Virus record (IMG/VR): IMGVR_UViG_3300050015_000276
Coordinates: 32,001 to 96,000 of that record
Strand: one strand, 5' to 3'
Origin: a virus
DNA: 64,000 nt
Shown here: positions 19,001-28,733 of the stretch, in pieces
How positions within the stretch are numbered: the first letter of the stretch is position 1
Layout of the letters: each line of letters begins with the position of its first letter
The notes under the pieces: generated by a model
Seen by the model: the letters and a program-made list of their open reading frames with translations, nothing else
Database searches by the model: none
Told to the model about the DNA's origin: nothing
Translations under genes and position numbers: made by a program

Positions 19001-19420
19001 ATGCTAAGCATTGACGCCGAGAAAATTGCCTGGGACCTGATACAACAATACGCTCCAGGCTGGTCATTTGAATTTGACCGAGGCACTCGCCGCTGCGGCT
19101 GTTGCAATTATCGGAAACTCCAGATATCGCTCAGCCTTCAATATGTCCAATTGAATTCCGAGGAATGTGTGCGGAATACCGTTCTGCATGAACTGGCTCA
19201 CGCCCTTGCTGGATTTGCGGCACACCACGGACCTGATTGGCAATGGTGGTGCCGCAAGTTAGGTGCTCGTCCAGAACGCCTGAATACGGAAGCGGTGGTG
19301 ATCTATAATGTATTCGCAGATTGCCAGTGTGGACCGAATACGCACAAGAAAATGCGGATGCCTAAGGGTACACGGATTTGCCTCAGATGCCGCCAAGAAT
19401 TGACTTGGAGAAGGATATAA
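19001..19420 (+). CDS. SprT-like zinc metalloprotease
   Basis: G.C.Y....I.LS, NTVLHELAHAL and HHGPDWQ motifs; leaderless. Confidence 0.85.
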   Translation: MLSIDAEKIAWDLIQQYAPGWSFEFDRGTRRCGCCNYRKLQISLSLQYVQLNSEECVRNTVLHELAHALAGFAAHHGPDWQWWCRKLGARPERLNTEAVVIYNVFADCQCGPNTHKKMRMPKGTRICLRCRQELTWRRI

Positions 19421-19422
19421 TC

Positions 19423-19770
19423 ATGATACAAGAACCGGTTGGTTATATTTTTACCACATGGGAACTTTCCACGTATGATGTTCTTGGGAACGCCCGTGAT
19501 GGATATGAAGTGAATGATTTTTATGCTGTGCATGTAGTGGAAATTAATATTCCACAAACTAGATACAATACTGGAACGAAATATGAATTTCTTGGTGCAG
19601 CTCCTACTGACCGGCAAATTAAAAAAGCTTTTGGTCTCCGATGCCAAATTCGTACCGAAGGAGATGACATGCAAATTTTTGTGGAACGTGAACGTGATGG
19701 ATATCCCATAGGACAAATGATTTGCATATCACATGAATCATTGAGTCCTGTCCGAAAGAAAAAGGCATAA
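19423..19770 (+). CDS. Hypothetical phage protein
   Basis: YDVLGNARDGYEVND motif. Confidence 0.7.
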   Translation: MIQEPVGYIFTTWELSTYDVLGNARDGYEVNDFYAVHVVEINIPQTRYNTGTKYEFLGAAPTDRQIKKAFGLRCQIRTEGDDMQIFVERERDGYPIGQMICISHESLSPVRKKKA

Positions 19771-19771
19771 C

Positions 19772-19969
19772 ATGCAGAGAAACCCAAATCGGTTAACTTC
19801 CAATCCTCTTAAGCTTCGTGAGGATATGGAATTTAAGGAAACTCACAAGACTCCAAACGGCCGGATTTTCAATTGTTGTAACAAAGTTGGTGCGCCAAAC
19901 GGTTGCAAACATGGCCGTTATTTTCTTCCGAAAGCCAGGTGGGACAAGTCTCTCAGAGATCACCGGTAA
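19772..19969 (+). CDS. Hypothetical protein
   Basis: 65-aa ORF abutting the previous gene. Confidence 0.45.
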   Translation: MQRNPNRLTSNPLKLREDMEFKETHKTPNGRIFNCCNKVGAPNGCKHGRYFLPKARWDKSLRDHR

Positions 19970-20051
19970 TCCTGGGCGGAAACGCCCAAGACATCGTTAT
20001 CATAAGTGATTCCTATTTGACATCCATGATTTACTGTGCTATAGTATAACT

Positions 20052-20207
20052 ATGAAAAGCTTACAACCTTTCAATAGTCAATATGACGCGATCCTGTGGT
20101 GTGTGGATAATGCGTGTGGTGAGTGTGTTGTCTTTCTTTCCGACTGGCGCCGGGCGGTTAGGCTAGCACCCATAGGCGGGAAATGGTATTGGGATTACGC
20201 GACATAG
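20052..20207 (+). CDS. Hypothetical protein (leaderless, not in ORF track)
   Basis: MKSLQPFNSQYDAILWC..., 51 aa, after TTGACA 20017 / TATAGT 20040. Confidence 0.6.
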   Translation: MKSLQPFNSQYDAILWCVDNACGECVVFLSDWRRAVRLAPIGGKWYWDYAT

Positions 20208-20216
20208 GAAAATCCG

Positions 20217-20432
20217 ATGATTAATAATCCAGAACGACCCCAGGCCACAATGGACATCGGTGAGTTTATGCTTTCCGTTGATGACCGGAAAGTAAAGCCT
20301 TTCCATTGTGAGAATTGTGGTGATACCTACGAGCCATGTGAACACTGGTCACAGGAAGAGAAATACGACCTGGAACATCCTGAATTTGATTTTTATGTGG
20401 ATCTTCAATATCCGGAAGAAGGAGAATGGTAA
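20217..20432 (+). CDS. Hypothetical protein with CENC...C.H motif
   Basis: 71-aa ORF. Confidence 0.6.
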   Translation: MINNPERPQATMDIGEFMLSVDDRKVKPFHCENCGDTYEPCEHWSQEEKYDLEHPEFDFYVDLQYPEEGEW

Positions 20433-20437
20433 GAGCC

Positions 20438-20842
20438 ATGACCTGTCTAATTTGTGGTCAAACAATCACGTTAACAGGCAACACCACCACTAACGGCCGA
20501 GCTATTGGTTCCTGCGGTGATGCTTTCCGGCATTTTTCCGCGCCGCGCGCCGGTGATGGTGCCACGATCAGTAGTGGTTCGGATGCCTATCCAGCAACCA
20601 TAACGGAAATAAGTAAAGGTGGAAAGATAATCACATTACTCCATGATGACTTCAAAGTGGTTAGTGGTAGTGTTCTTGATGGATCGGCCGAATATGAGTT
20701 CCGACCAGGGCCGTCTAATGGCCGGCAAGATGTTGCAACCTGGCGAGAGAAGGAACAAGGTTATCGCCTACAAGGATGTAAACGTGGTTATGGATGGGTA
20801 ACTATCGGCCGGCGAGTCAAGTATTACGATCCACATTTCTAA
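20438..20842 (+). CDS. Hypothetical phage protein
   Basis: GDGATI..GSDAYPATI...YYDPHF motif. Confidence 0.7.
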   Translation: MTCLICGQTITLTGNTTTNGRAIGSCGDAFRHFSAPRAGDGATISSGSDAYPATITEISKGGKIITLLHDDFKVVSGSVLDGSAEYEFRPGPSNGRQDVATWREKEQGYRLQGCKRGYGWVTIGRRVKYYDPHF

Positions 20843-21017
20843 AGATTGGCACAAGTAGTTTATAGTAAAACGTCCACCACTTATTCGTGGAAGATACCCT
20901 GTAAAGGTCTTGTGCCATAGAAAGGGAGAGCCGATCACTCTCCCTTTCCGCGATTCCTACGTATTATGATAACGCTTTCTTGTTGACATCCACTATAGTA
21001 TCTGTTATACTTTAAAT

Positions 21018-21242
21018 ATGAAACTTGATCGGCACGATAACCTGATCGTCCTCATCAACACATACAACGAGTCCAGTTCCCCGTCAGTTCCGCGAACCGA
21101 TGATGAACACTCCATCGAACGCAGCCGCGCGAAGATCGCCCTGGGCTCGATTCGGCGCAACTACACAGAGGGTGTGGATTACAAAGAGCTTTCGAACGGC
21201 GCATTGTGGCCGGTTTCCGCACCTGCGGGAAAGGTGGCGTAA
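21018..21242 (+). CDS. Hypothetical protein (leaderless)
   Basis: TTGACA 20983, TATACT 21006. Confidence 0.65.
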   Translation: MKLDRHDNLIVLINTYNESSSPSVPRTDDEHSIERSRAKIALGSIRRNYTEGVDYKELSNGALWPVSAPAGKVA

Positions 21243-21243
21243 G

Positions 21244-21513
21244 ATGCTACTATTAACTCCGGAAGTCAAGGAAGCCATCAGGGCGCATAATAACCGTGCT
21301 TCGGAACCATGCTACAACGAGCATTGGAACACGGCGAACCACACCGGCACAATGCGGGCACGGTACCTCGTAACGTGCGCCTTGACTCGGAAACACGGCA
21401 TTTGTTGTGGTTCGATGAAAGTCCGGAAGGCAACGTCGGCGCTTGTCGTAGACTACTTAGTTGGCAATTCCAAGGATCGAGAATGGGCTTTTACTCGGGT
21501 GGAGGTGGCGTAA
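21244..21513 (+). CDS. Hypothetical protein
   Basis: MLLLTPEVKEAIRAH, AGGTGG SD. Confidence 0.6.
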   Translation: MLLLTPEVKEAIRAHNNRASEPCYNEHWNTANHTGTMRARYLVTCALTRKHGICCGSMKVRKATSALVVDYLVGNSKDREWAFTRVEVA

Positions 21514-21592
21514 GATGCAAAACATACAACAGACGTGCGTGGAATGCAGTCATGTGGCAAACGTGCGGTCGGATTGAGCGTCCTGGGCGTGC

Positions 21593-21778
21593 ATGAACTG
21601 CGGAAAGGTCCATAAGGTCGAGAAATTCCAGTGGGTTCGGATGGCGAGCGGGGATTCGGCATCGAGTTTGGCGATGTATGAGCGGGATATGAAGGCGTCC
21701 GGGTTGCCGGTAAAGGTCGAAAAAGACGTGACTGGCCGCTTTGTAATCTACCAGTACATCGAAAACAGGCTTCTTTGA
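21593..21778 (+). CDS. Hypothetical protein
   Basis: 61-aa ORF. Confidence 0.55.
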   Translation: MNCGKVHKVEKFQWVRMASGDSASSLAMYERDMKASGLPVKVEKDVTGRFVIYQYIENRLL

Positions 21779-21860
21779 ATTGCAGACGGCGCAACCTTTG
21801 CGCCGTAATGCAGCGGGAATGGGCTTTTACTCGGGTGGAAGGAAACTAAAGGATAACCAA

Positions 21861-22253
21861 ATGAAATCTCATATTACAATGGAACAAAAACTCTGTGGTG
21901 TCTGTGGAAAAGGTCACGACACCGGCATACTTTTGTTAGACCGCCAACTCCGGCAACGTTTTGAATCACACACATTGACTTTAGGTTGGAGTATGTGTCC
22001 AGAATGTCAGGAACATTATGATTCGGGGTATGTGGCGTTAGTAGGAGTGGACGAAACCAAATCAGGAAAGACTCCTAATGGAAATATCAAACCGGAAGAG
22101 GCATACCGGACCGGTGAAGTAGTATACCTGAAATTTGAGGCATTTGATCGGGTTATGGCCGTTTCTGGATTTAACCCTCACGGTAAACGGTATCCTATGA
22201 TGTTCTGCGATCCGGAAGTAATTAAGGTCATAGTTGAAAGGAGTCAAAAATAA
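21861..22253 (+). CDS. Hypothetical Zn-binding phage protein
   Basis: CGVCGK and CPEC; AGGA SD. Confidence 0.7.
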   Translation: MKSHITMEQKLCGVCGKGHDTGILLLDRQLRQRFESHTLTLGWSMCPECQEHYDSGYVALVGVDETKSGKTPNGNIKPEEAYRTGEVVYLKFEAFDRVMAVSGFNPHGKRYPMMFCDPEVIKVIVERSQK

Positions 22254-22322
22254 GATTTGACATCCCTACAACCGTGTGCTATTATTAAGCATACTCGAAG
22301 CGTTACAGGAGAAATAAACAAT

Positions 22323-22628
22323 ATGAAAACTTATGATTATTTTGGCAACCTCGATTCTCCCTGGACTAACGGAAAGGCAACCGGTATGTTCCAGAAGGAA
22401 AAGATTGATCCTACTCTTTTCAAGATTAATGCCATCAAGGCACTCCGCGAGTGGGGAGAAACCACTCTTACCGTTAACATCGGACTGAAAGAGGCGAAGG
22501 ATTTTATCGAAGTCCTGATCGAACGCCAACGCAAGGAACGGCTTACGGAAACTGTCCGTAAAGCCTTGGTTGATTCGGGAGTTTCATTTATCGAGTATTC
22601 GGAAGTCAAGGACACGATTTGCTGGTAG
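22323..22628 (+). CDS. Protein with ribosomal bL12 C-terminal-domain-like motif
   Basis: KINAIKALRE...GLKEAKDFIE; AGGAG SD. Confidence 0.65.
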   Translation: MKTYDYFGNLDSPWTNGKATGMFQKEKIDPTLFKINAIKALREWGETTLTVNIGLKEAKDFIEVLIERQRKERLTETVRKALVDSGVSFIEYSEVKDTICW

Positions 22629-22742
22629 TCCATCACAAGTTTGGGCCATTGCTGCCATTACACGACCACCGAGTCGGACGGCTGCCTTGGCCCAATTTCC
22701 ATTTAAGGAAAGTATGGAACACAAGAAATAAGGAGAACGAAA

Positions 22743-22952
22743 TTGTCCTACGTTGATCCAAACTACAAATCCAAGAAGGAATTCGTCGCGGCCGTAAAGG
22801 CTGGGACAAAACATCAAACCTACAACCCTTCCGGAATGTTTCCTACCACTCGGAATGGCTCGGATGTAATTGAAGGACCGCACTATCCTCAACCGCATAA
22901 GTGGTATGCTTCGGTCATTGTCCAGGATGGTGTGGTTGTGAAAGCCAAGTAA
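22743..22952 (+). CDS. Hypothetical phage protein (TTG start)
   Basis: AGGAG SD; EGPHYPQPHKWYA motif. Confidence 0.7.
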   Translation: MSYVDPNYKSKKEFVAAVKAGTKHQTYNPSGMFPTTRNGSDVIEGPHYPQPHKWYASVIVQDGVVVKAK

Positions 22953-22962
22953 GGAGAATTAA

Positions 22963-23169
22963 ATGAAATTTCTAATTGAGATCGTAGGCGATACACAACC
23001 GGAATTACTCCGTAGTCTGGAAGAATGTAGTAAAAGGCTCCGGTCAGGTGGATGTTATCTGTATCGTGGTTCTGTTACGATGGAGCCGTCCAGTTATATA
23101 ACAGAAGATGAATTCCATCAGCAACACGCCGCATCGCATCCGCAACGAACAATGCCATGGATTGATTAA
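22963..23169 (+). CDS. Hypothetical protein
   Basis: AAGGAG SD. Confidence 0.65.
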   Translation: MKFLIEIVGDTQPELLRSLEECSKRLRSGGCYLYRGSVTMEPSSYITEDEFHQQHAASHPQRTMPWID

Positions 23170-23181
23170 AAAGGAAAACAT

Positions 23182-23438
23182 ATGAAAGCATCATATGTTG
23201 AAATTAAGACAGTACACAAACAAAAAACTTGGGAGTTATTTATGGATCTATGATTCCCAATGGTGAGATTTTTACTGGGGTAATTGCCAATTGTGCCAAT
23301 CGACTTTTTGTCAAACTGGAAAATATAATTTATCCTTTGGATAGGGAGGTTTATTCGGTTACAGCTAGGTGGACTGAACCGTGTATTAGGAGTTACAAAC
23401 CGGTTAGAAGCCTTACCGTCACGGTAGAAACAGACTAA
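23182..23438 (+). pseudogene. Frameshifted paralog of the 26027 gene
   Basis: MKASYVEIK... stops after 23 codons. The -1 frame past the A6 run at 23222-23227 continues with IPNGEIF...NRLFVKLE...SYKPV. Confidence 0.65.
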
Positions 23439-23442
23439 CAAA

Positions 23443-23470
23443 AAAGGAAATGTGGATCCACATTTCCTTT
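23443..23470. repeat. Perfect 28-bp palindrome
   Basis: AAAGGAAATGTGGA|TCCACATTTCCTTT. Confidence 0.9.
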
Positions 23471-23535
23471 ATAAACTATTGTTATGATAACAATTTCTAG
23501 TTGACATCCAGGCTCGATAATGTTACATTGGTAAC

Positions 23536-23868
23536 ATGATGAAACACACGCCGAAGCAAGAAAAGAGATTTGCGGCCCTTGCCACCAAGATGGGCATTGA
23601 TGTTGTGGATGCCGAAAGCATTTGCCGATGTGCCTCTGGTATTTGGGATTACATTGGCTTTGATTGCCTCGAAGCCAATGGAGGTAAGGACATGCGTCGA
23701 TCCGAGGTCATTGAGGTTGTTATGGATGCAAGTCACATGACCACGGGTGATAGCAGGAAGCGGCTCACCGCGCCGGCCTTGGCACTTCTTCAGTCATATC
23801 AGCATTCCGATGACATCGCCGCACTCCTCAAGGAATTCGAATTCACCCACGCATTATACGGTATGTAA
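23536..23868 (+). CDS. Hypothetical protein (leaderless)
   Basis: Box 23481, TTGACA 23501, TACATT 23524. Confidence 0.7.
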   Translation: MMKHTPKQEKRFAALATKMGIDVVDAESICRCASGIWDYIGFDCLEANGGKDMRRSEVIEVVMDASHMTTGDSRKRLTAPALALLQSYQHSDDIAALLKEFEFTHALYGM

Positions 23869-23880
23869 AAGGAAAACATC

Positions 23881-24240
23881 ATGGAAAATAATTTTGACGC
23901 GAAAGAACTCAAGGACCTAGGTATTTTGCCAGTCGGAGAAACTGTCCACTTCAATATGCCATGTGGCACGTTCTTGTCTGTCTGCCGAGTCGACCGTGGA
24001 TTCTTGGTTGCTGTGACCGATAAGGAAAACCTGGTACTCCCGGGAGTTTATAAGCCTCTATACGGAACTGGGTTTAAACAAAACGCCAAGCAGGTCAATT
24101 TGAATTTGATTGACATGTGGATCGAAACGTGGTCCGATGTGACCAACAATTTTGTGTTTTATGTGGAATGTAAGGCTATTCCGATGCTCCGGATGCTGTT
24201 GGCCCACATGTCCAAGAATCCGGATAGGGATCGTTTTTAA
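23881..24240 (+). CDS. Hypothetical protein
   Basis: AAGGA SD, 119 aa. Confidence 0.7.
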   Translation: MENNFDAKELKDLGILPVGETVHFNMPCGTFLSVCRVDRGFLVAVTDKENLVLPGVYKPLYGTGFKQNAKQVNLNLIDMWIETWSDVTNNFVFYVECKAIPMLRMLLAHMSKNPDRDRF

Positions 24241-24364
24241 GAGAAACCACATGGTGGAAACGAGTCAGAGGTTCCCCAATGGGTGCGCTTCAAGACGTTG
24301 GTGTGATGGAACTAGATCGTCGGAGAGATCGTAGTATAGTATAACCATTATAAACCAACATACA

Positions 24365-24392
24365 ATACCGGAGAGGTCTGCCTCTCCGGTAT
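24365..24392 (+). terminator. Hairpin before the box and promoter
   Basis: ATACCGGAGAGG-TCTG-CCTCTCCGGTAT. Confidence 0.7.
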
Positions 24393-24468
24393 TTCCGGCC
24401 GCAAGAATACGTTATCATAACACAATCCACATTGACATCCATTATTCACTATGCTATACTTGTATTGT

Positions 24469-24672
24469 ATGAAACAAAAAGACCCGTTATATGAAATTCT
24501 GATCCAGTTTGTGAGTCTGAACCTGAATACACTTACCGGATTGGAACAGAAGATTATGGACATTGCCTGCGTGCGTGGTGAGTATCTCATGCCGACCAAT
24601 TGCCATGCAGAGTTTATGCCGCCGGTCAAAATTGATCCAATTTACAGGAGCAAAGCTCCATGCAAGAATTAA
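24469..24672 (+). CDS. Hypothetical protein (leaderless)
   Basis: TTGACA 24432, TATACT 24455. Confidence 0.6.
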   Translation: MKQKDPLYEILIQFVSLNLNTLTGLEQKIMDIACVRGEYLMPTNCHAEFMPPVKIDPIYRSKAPCKN

Positions 24673-24914
24673 AAAAGCTTATGACACCACCAGTGCCGAA
24701 GCCTGTCCTTTATCTGGTCCATTTTTGCGACCAGTGCTATCTTTCCACCTGGGATGGCAAGAGTAGTCGGGATGATCTGCGTCCTTATTACCGGTCGGGG
24801 AATTCGGAACTCTGCGAGCGGGGTCCGACTCGGTTCGATACCGTGGAAGAAGCATACAAGTCAGTACGCCTTGATGGCGATCATTTTGAAATAAAGGAAA
24901 GGGTAAAGGTATGA
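24660..24914 (+). CDS. Hypothetical protein
   Basis: AGGAG SD. Confidence 0.65.
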   Translation: MQELKKLMTPPVPKPVLYLVHFCDQCYLSTWDGKSSRDDLRPYYRSGNSELCERGPTRFDTVEEAYKSVRLDGDHFEIKERVKV

Positions 24915-25132
24915 CAACGCAATATGGAGAGATTGTTTTTGATGAAAACGGCTACGCGGCGGGGGCTATTTGGATTCCTTCGTGCACGAAGCGGACATTG
25001 ACTCAGAATTGGCGAGTAAAGTCTTTTACAAGCCGTCCTGGAGAGTCCAACACAACGTTGGTCAAGACTGAAAGCGAAGCACGGGAATCTGTCCTTGCCA
25101 CTGGATGTTTCGAGGTTGAAAATGCCAATTAA
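24911..25132 (+). CDS. Hypothetical protein
   Basis: ATGA coupling. Confidence 0.65.
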   Translation: MTTQYGEIVFDENGYAAGAIWIPSCTKRTLTQNWRVKSFTSRPGESNTTLVKTESEARESVLATGCFEVENAN

Positions 25133-25460
25133 CACGCAAGATTACATAAACGCCACGTCCGGAATCGGTCCACTCGCAAAGGAGTGGACCGATAAGCCGC
25201 ACAGGCTCGTATACGACCTAGTCCGGGAACTCCTTGCAGTCCAAAGGGTTCTCGATACACAAACTCCAAAGACAGTACTTGTATTTGGCGATTGCTCCAG
25301 CGGCCGCTTTTATTTGGTATTGAAAGACAGGAGTGACGGAAATGCGCGCATTTATTATCGTTCCGGTTCTCAGATATTACATGATACTTGGCCCACCTGG
25401 TTCTCTTCCAGAGAAGCGGCCGAGAAGGATATAAAAGACTCCGAGATCTTTGCGATCTAA
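25122..25460 (+). CDS. Hypothetical protein
   Basis: MPINTQDY, GAGGT SD. Confidence 0.65.
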   Translation: MPINTQDYINATSGIGPLAKEWTDKPHRLVYDLVRELLAVQRVLDTQTPKTVLVFGDCSSGRFYLVLKDRSDGNARIYYRSGSQILHDTWPTWFSSREAAEKDIKDSEIFAI

Positions 25461-25601
25461 TAGACCATAGGCCAATATACCATACCATGTTGTTGGAAGA
25501 ATAACCATATGGAGTTTCATATAACATGGTATGGTATACGAAAAGCGATATAACAATATCATTGTGCGTTGCAACGGATGTATTTGTTATTAGGAGAATA
25601 A

Positions 25602-25790
25602 ATGAGAAAAGCCGATTCCGGTAGGCCTCACGGTAATTATGATGGTAAGGATAAAGAACAGTGTTGTTCCTGTGGTAAGGAGACCAACTATCTAATGGAA
25701 AATGGTGAATGTATGAGGTGTTGGAGTTCCTATGCAAGTATATTCCAATTCAGTGGAATAAAGGATAGTTATATTAAAAAGGAACAATGA
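25602..25790 (+). CDS. Small Zn-finger-like protein
   Basis: CSC and CMRC; AGGAG SD. Confidence 0.6.
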   Translation: MRKADSGRPHGNYDGKDKEQCCSCGKETNYLMENGECMRCWSSYASIFQFSGIKDSYIKKEQ

Positions 25791-26026
25791 GTTCTAGAGT
25801 TCTAGAGTTCTGGAGAGTTCCAAGCTGTGGCGGTATCTGTCCGTATCTGTCCTTCAAACCCACAATCCATCGGAGAAACACAAAGACCTCCGTGTCCTTG
25901 CAAGGCCTCATTATCATAACGGCCTCCGTATCCTCTGTTATCATAACGTCCTCTTCCATTTCATACTCACGTTATGATAAACGAATCTTGTTGACATCCA
26001 CCCTACAATTTGATACACTTATGAAT

Positions 26027-26299
26027 ATGCAAGCACGCAAAAATTACGTACACTTCGAAGATCGGGTTGATTTGAAGGAGACTCCAAACAAGGATATTCC
26101 ACTCAATCAGATGTTCGCCGGGTCCATCGGGTCCATCGGCTCCTATGAGGACCGGCTCTTTATCAAATTGGAAGCCGACGCCGGCCGTTCCTGGATCTAT
26201 TGCGTCGATGCCCCGCTTGGCGCCACCGGCGAATACAGGACAGATCAACCGGACGTTACCAATTACAGGCCCGTGATTTCCCTGACCGCCAAGATTTGA
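26027..26299 (+). CDS. Hypothetical protein (leaderless), intact paralog of 23182
   Basis: TTGACA 25991, TACACT 26014; contains DRLFIKLE. Confidence 0.7.
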   Translation: MQARKNYVHFEDRVDLKETPNKDIPLNQMFAGSIGSIGSYEDRLFIKLEADAGRSWIYCVDAPLGATGEYRTDQPDVTNYRPVISLTAKI

Positions 26300-26340
26300 A
26301 AGGCCTTGACATCCACCACAACGTGTGAGACAATATACCT

Positions 26341-26733
26341 ATGATACTCACTATCAATGCAATGAAAGAAGCCGGCCGGGACATCGTTCTGGATGACCTG
26401 ACCATCCGGGTGACAGATGTTCCGCTGGACCGGACCAGCGATGTGGAATACTATCGCAATAAGTATTTGACGCAGGTGGAGGAAGTGTCCAAAGTCAATG
26501 CCGAACTCCGCAGTGTCCAGGATATGCTGACCGCCGAACGGAACGCCAATGCCGGAACCGTATCGCTGGCCCTTGTCCGGGATTGGCTCAATACCGTCCG
26601 GGATGGCGCCGTGTATTCCGCGGTGGAACGGATCAACCTCATCAAGGCTGTCCGGTTGCTCACCTACATGGGCCTGAAAGAATCCAAGGATCTGGTGGAA
26701 TCGTTTATTACCGTCAACTATAACCACTCCTAA
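26341..26733 (+). CDS. Coiled-coil protein with C-terminal ribosomal bL12 CTD-like motif
   Basis: RINLIKAVRLLTYMGLKESKDLVES; leaderless. Confidence 0.75.
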   Translation: MILTINAMKEAGRDIVLDDLTIRVTDVPLDRTSDVEYYRNKYLTQVEEVSKVNAELRSVQDMLTAERNANAGTVSLALVRDWLNTVRDGAVYSAVERINLIKAVRLLTYMGLKESKDLVESFITVNYNHS

Positions 26734-26746
26734 TCATCCATTCCGT

Positions 26747-26778
26747 ACCGGAGGCCTCTCACGCAGGAGGCCTCCGGT
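26747..26778 (+). terminator. GC-rich hairpin
   Basis: ACCGGAGGCCTC-8 nt-GAGGCCTCCGGT. Confidence 0.7.
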
Positions 26779-26888
26779 TTCCTCTATTACCTACGTTATG
26801 ATAACGCAAGCTTGGTTTCTGTTATGATAACGCGGCCTTCCACCATTATTTTCTTGCATTCCATAGAATACTCTGTTACCCTTATAAC

Positions 26889-27164
26889 ATGATGAAAAAG
26901 ACGACCGACCCAGCCCTCAAAGCCGCGTTGAAGCTGATTGCCAAGGCCCTCACGGATGCAGAGCCGTATTCCGCCTACCGCATTCGGAACGTCCGCTACA
27001 ACCTGCTACGGGCCCGTGGGATTGCAGCCAATCGGACTTACGAACGCACCAATCCGGAAATCGAGAAGTTCGTCCATGTCCGGCCCGTGACCGTTCGCCA
27101 CATCAACCGCATGTCCTCCGGGAACAAGGGCCGCACGGCCTTGTCCATGGCGCTTGCTGCGTAG
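26889..27164 (+). CDS. Basic hypothetical protein (leaderless)
   Basis: TTGCAT 26854, TACCCT 26877. Confidence 0.7.
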   Translation: MMKKTTDPALKAALKLIAKALTDAEPYSAYRIRNVRYNLLRARGIAANRTYERTNPEIEKFVHVRPVTVRHINRMSSGNKGRTALSMALAA

Positions 27165-27231
27165 AGATCACACGGCATCACCGGGGTCCGTAGTGGACCC
27201 CGGCAACCCAGCGGCGTCAATTGGAGGTGCT

Positions 27232-27534
27232 ATGCAAAGACTACGAATCAAGAAGGCCGTGCTAGTGTACCAAGCTGGCATAGCTAACGTGTTCACAGTA
27301 CGGAGCTTTAATATGGCAGACTTTGGACGGGATGGCGAGCGCATTCTGCAAGGGGACTTTCGAACATGCGAATGTTTCGCCCGTGGTCTAGTGGCTGCCG
27401 GTGTCCATGTGACTAGCGCCCACTGCAACCAAGCGGGTGATATTGCTAGTGCGCACTGGCTTGAGGGCTTGGAGAGTGCCCCATTCTTTGAGTCAATGGT
27501 CCCAGTGTATGGGATGACAGACAGAGTTAAGTAG
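27232..27534 (+). CDS. Hypothetical phage protein
   Basis: GGAGGT SD; VLVYQAGIANVF. Confidence 0.7.
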   Translation: MQRLRIKKAVLVYQAGIANVFTVRSFNMADFGRDGERILQGDFRTCECFARGLVAAGVHVTSAHCNQAGDIASAHWLEGLESAPFFESMVPVYGMTDRVK

Positions 27535-27571
27535 AGGCTCCAGCTAAGCGGCAGTCCGAGCTAAGATTCCT

Positions 27572-27766
27572 ATGCGCCCAACACATCATATCCTTCATCC
27601 CGCTGTTGGATGCAATAAGTCAGGCGAGGTGCGTTATCCTCGCCTGACTTCCGTAATGGTAGAGCCATTTGGAAATAGTATGGTTCAGCTTACATTTCCT
27701 GGTGGTGAATCCATTGCAGTGTGGGATGCCGCCATTGCAGTAAAAGAACTAAGGAGAATCAAATGA
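27572..27766 (+). CDS. Hypothetical protein
   Basis: 64-aa ORF. Confidence 0.55.
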   Translation: MRPTHHILHPAVGCNKSGEVRYPRLTSVMVEPFGNSMVQLTFPGGESIAVWDAAIAVKELRRIK

Positions 27767-27939
27767 AAGAACGATTACGGAAGATCCTACCGGATACACC
27801 TCTCCAAGGACCTGGTTGGTCCCTGAACTTCTGGCCTTTGATTGGATTGGTATCCATGGCCATTCCATGGGCCTTAACAATCTTGATAATTTTCCTTGTG
27901 TTGCATATCCTGGCCAATGTTCCATTCGTGGTTCTCTGA
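27763..27939 (+). CDS. Small membrane protein
   Basis: AAGGAG SD and a long hydrophobic segment. Confidence 0.6.
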   Translation: MKERLRKILPDTPLQGPGWSLNFWPLIGLVSMAIPWALTILIIFLVLHILANVPFVVL

Positions 27940-27953
27940 TACCGTTTTGGTAA

Positions 27954-28310
27954 TTATGAATTATTTCTGAGATAGTGAATGGCTTTTTCTAAGAGTTCAA
28001 TACTATCATTGAAGCTTCCAAGTGCCATGTTACACTTCTGGCAAAGTAAAGAACGAATTTTTCCTGTGATGTGATCGTGGTCCACAGCTAGTTTTTTGAC
28101 TTTTCCTTTCCATGTAACTGTTTCGAGATTTCCACAAATAGCACATAAAGAATTTTGTTTTTTCATTAGAGAGTCAAACTCAGTTGGGGAGATTCCAAAA
28201 CGTCTTTGGCGGCCAAGTGCCACTGCACGACCAGGATGTTTTATGTTGTAACGATCTCTTCGTTCTTTTCCTAGTCTTTTTATGTTGGAGAGTTCTTCAA
28301 GTGTTATCAT
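27954..28310 (-). CDS. Endonuclease VII-like homing endonuclease
   Basis: CAICG...LAVDHDH.TG.IR.LLC..CN.ALG.F.D; minus-strand CTAAATA at 28320-28326. Confidence 0.88.
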   Translation of the reverse strand: MITLEELSNIKRLGKERRDRYNIKHPGRAVALGRQRRFGISPTEFDSLMKKQNSLCAICGNLETVTWKGKVKKLAVDHDHITGKIRSLLCQKCNMALGSFNDSIELLEKAIHYLRNNS

Positions 28311-28526
28311 TCGTTATTCTATTTAGCGCATTTGGGAATCGCGAATAGCGAATGGAGTTTTATCCTCAAGGGCACGTTATTATAAGTGGTTCTTGCCTTT
28401 AAATGCGCGTTTAATGAGTGGGGCCCTTGTTACCCCCTTACCCCCGCTCACAAATGCAACCTACCCCTGTAGGATCGTCAAGAAACAGCTATTGACAAAC
28501 GATCATGAACACTGTAATATGGTCCT

Positions 28527-28733
28527 ATGATGAAAAACGTGATAGAACCGATGAGCCCCATGATAAAACAGTGCATTACTGTTAGCCGATCCTTTGTAAA
28601 GGAGAGTATCTGTCGGCTTTTGGTCCGCCTCCTTGGGCTTAAGCCGATACCTTATACTGCCTGGGAAGTTCTCGGTGAAGGTGGCCGGGATCATGAGTCT
28701 TTTAATAGGTCGCGCCAGGAGGAGAGTCTATGA
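28527..28733 (+). CDS. Hypothetical protein (leaderless)
   Basis: TTGACA 28492, TAATAT 28515. Confidence 0.5.
   Translation: MMKNVIEPMSPMIKQCITVSRSFVKESICRLLVRLLGLKPIPYTAWEVLGEGGRDHESFNRSRQEESL

Noticed and set aside
25789-25820. GAGTTCTA tandem 8-mer, about three copies
   Set aside because: Too short and isolated to support a function; likely replication slippage.
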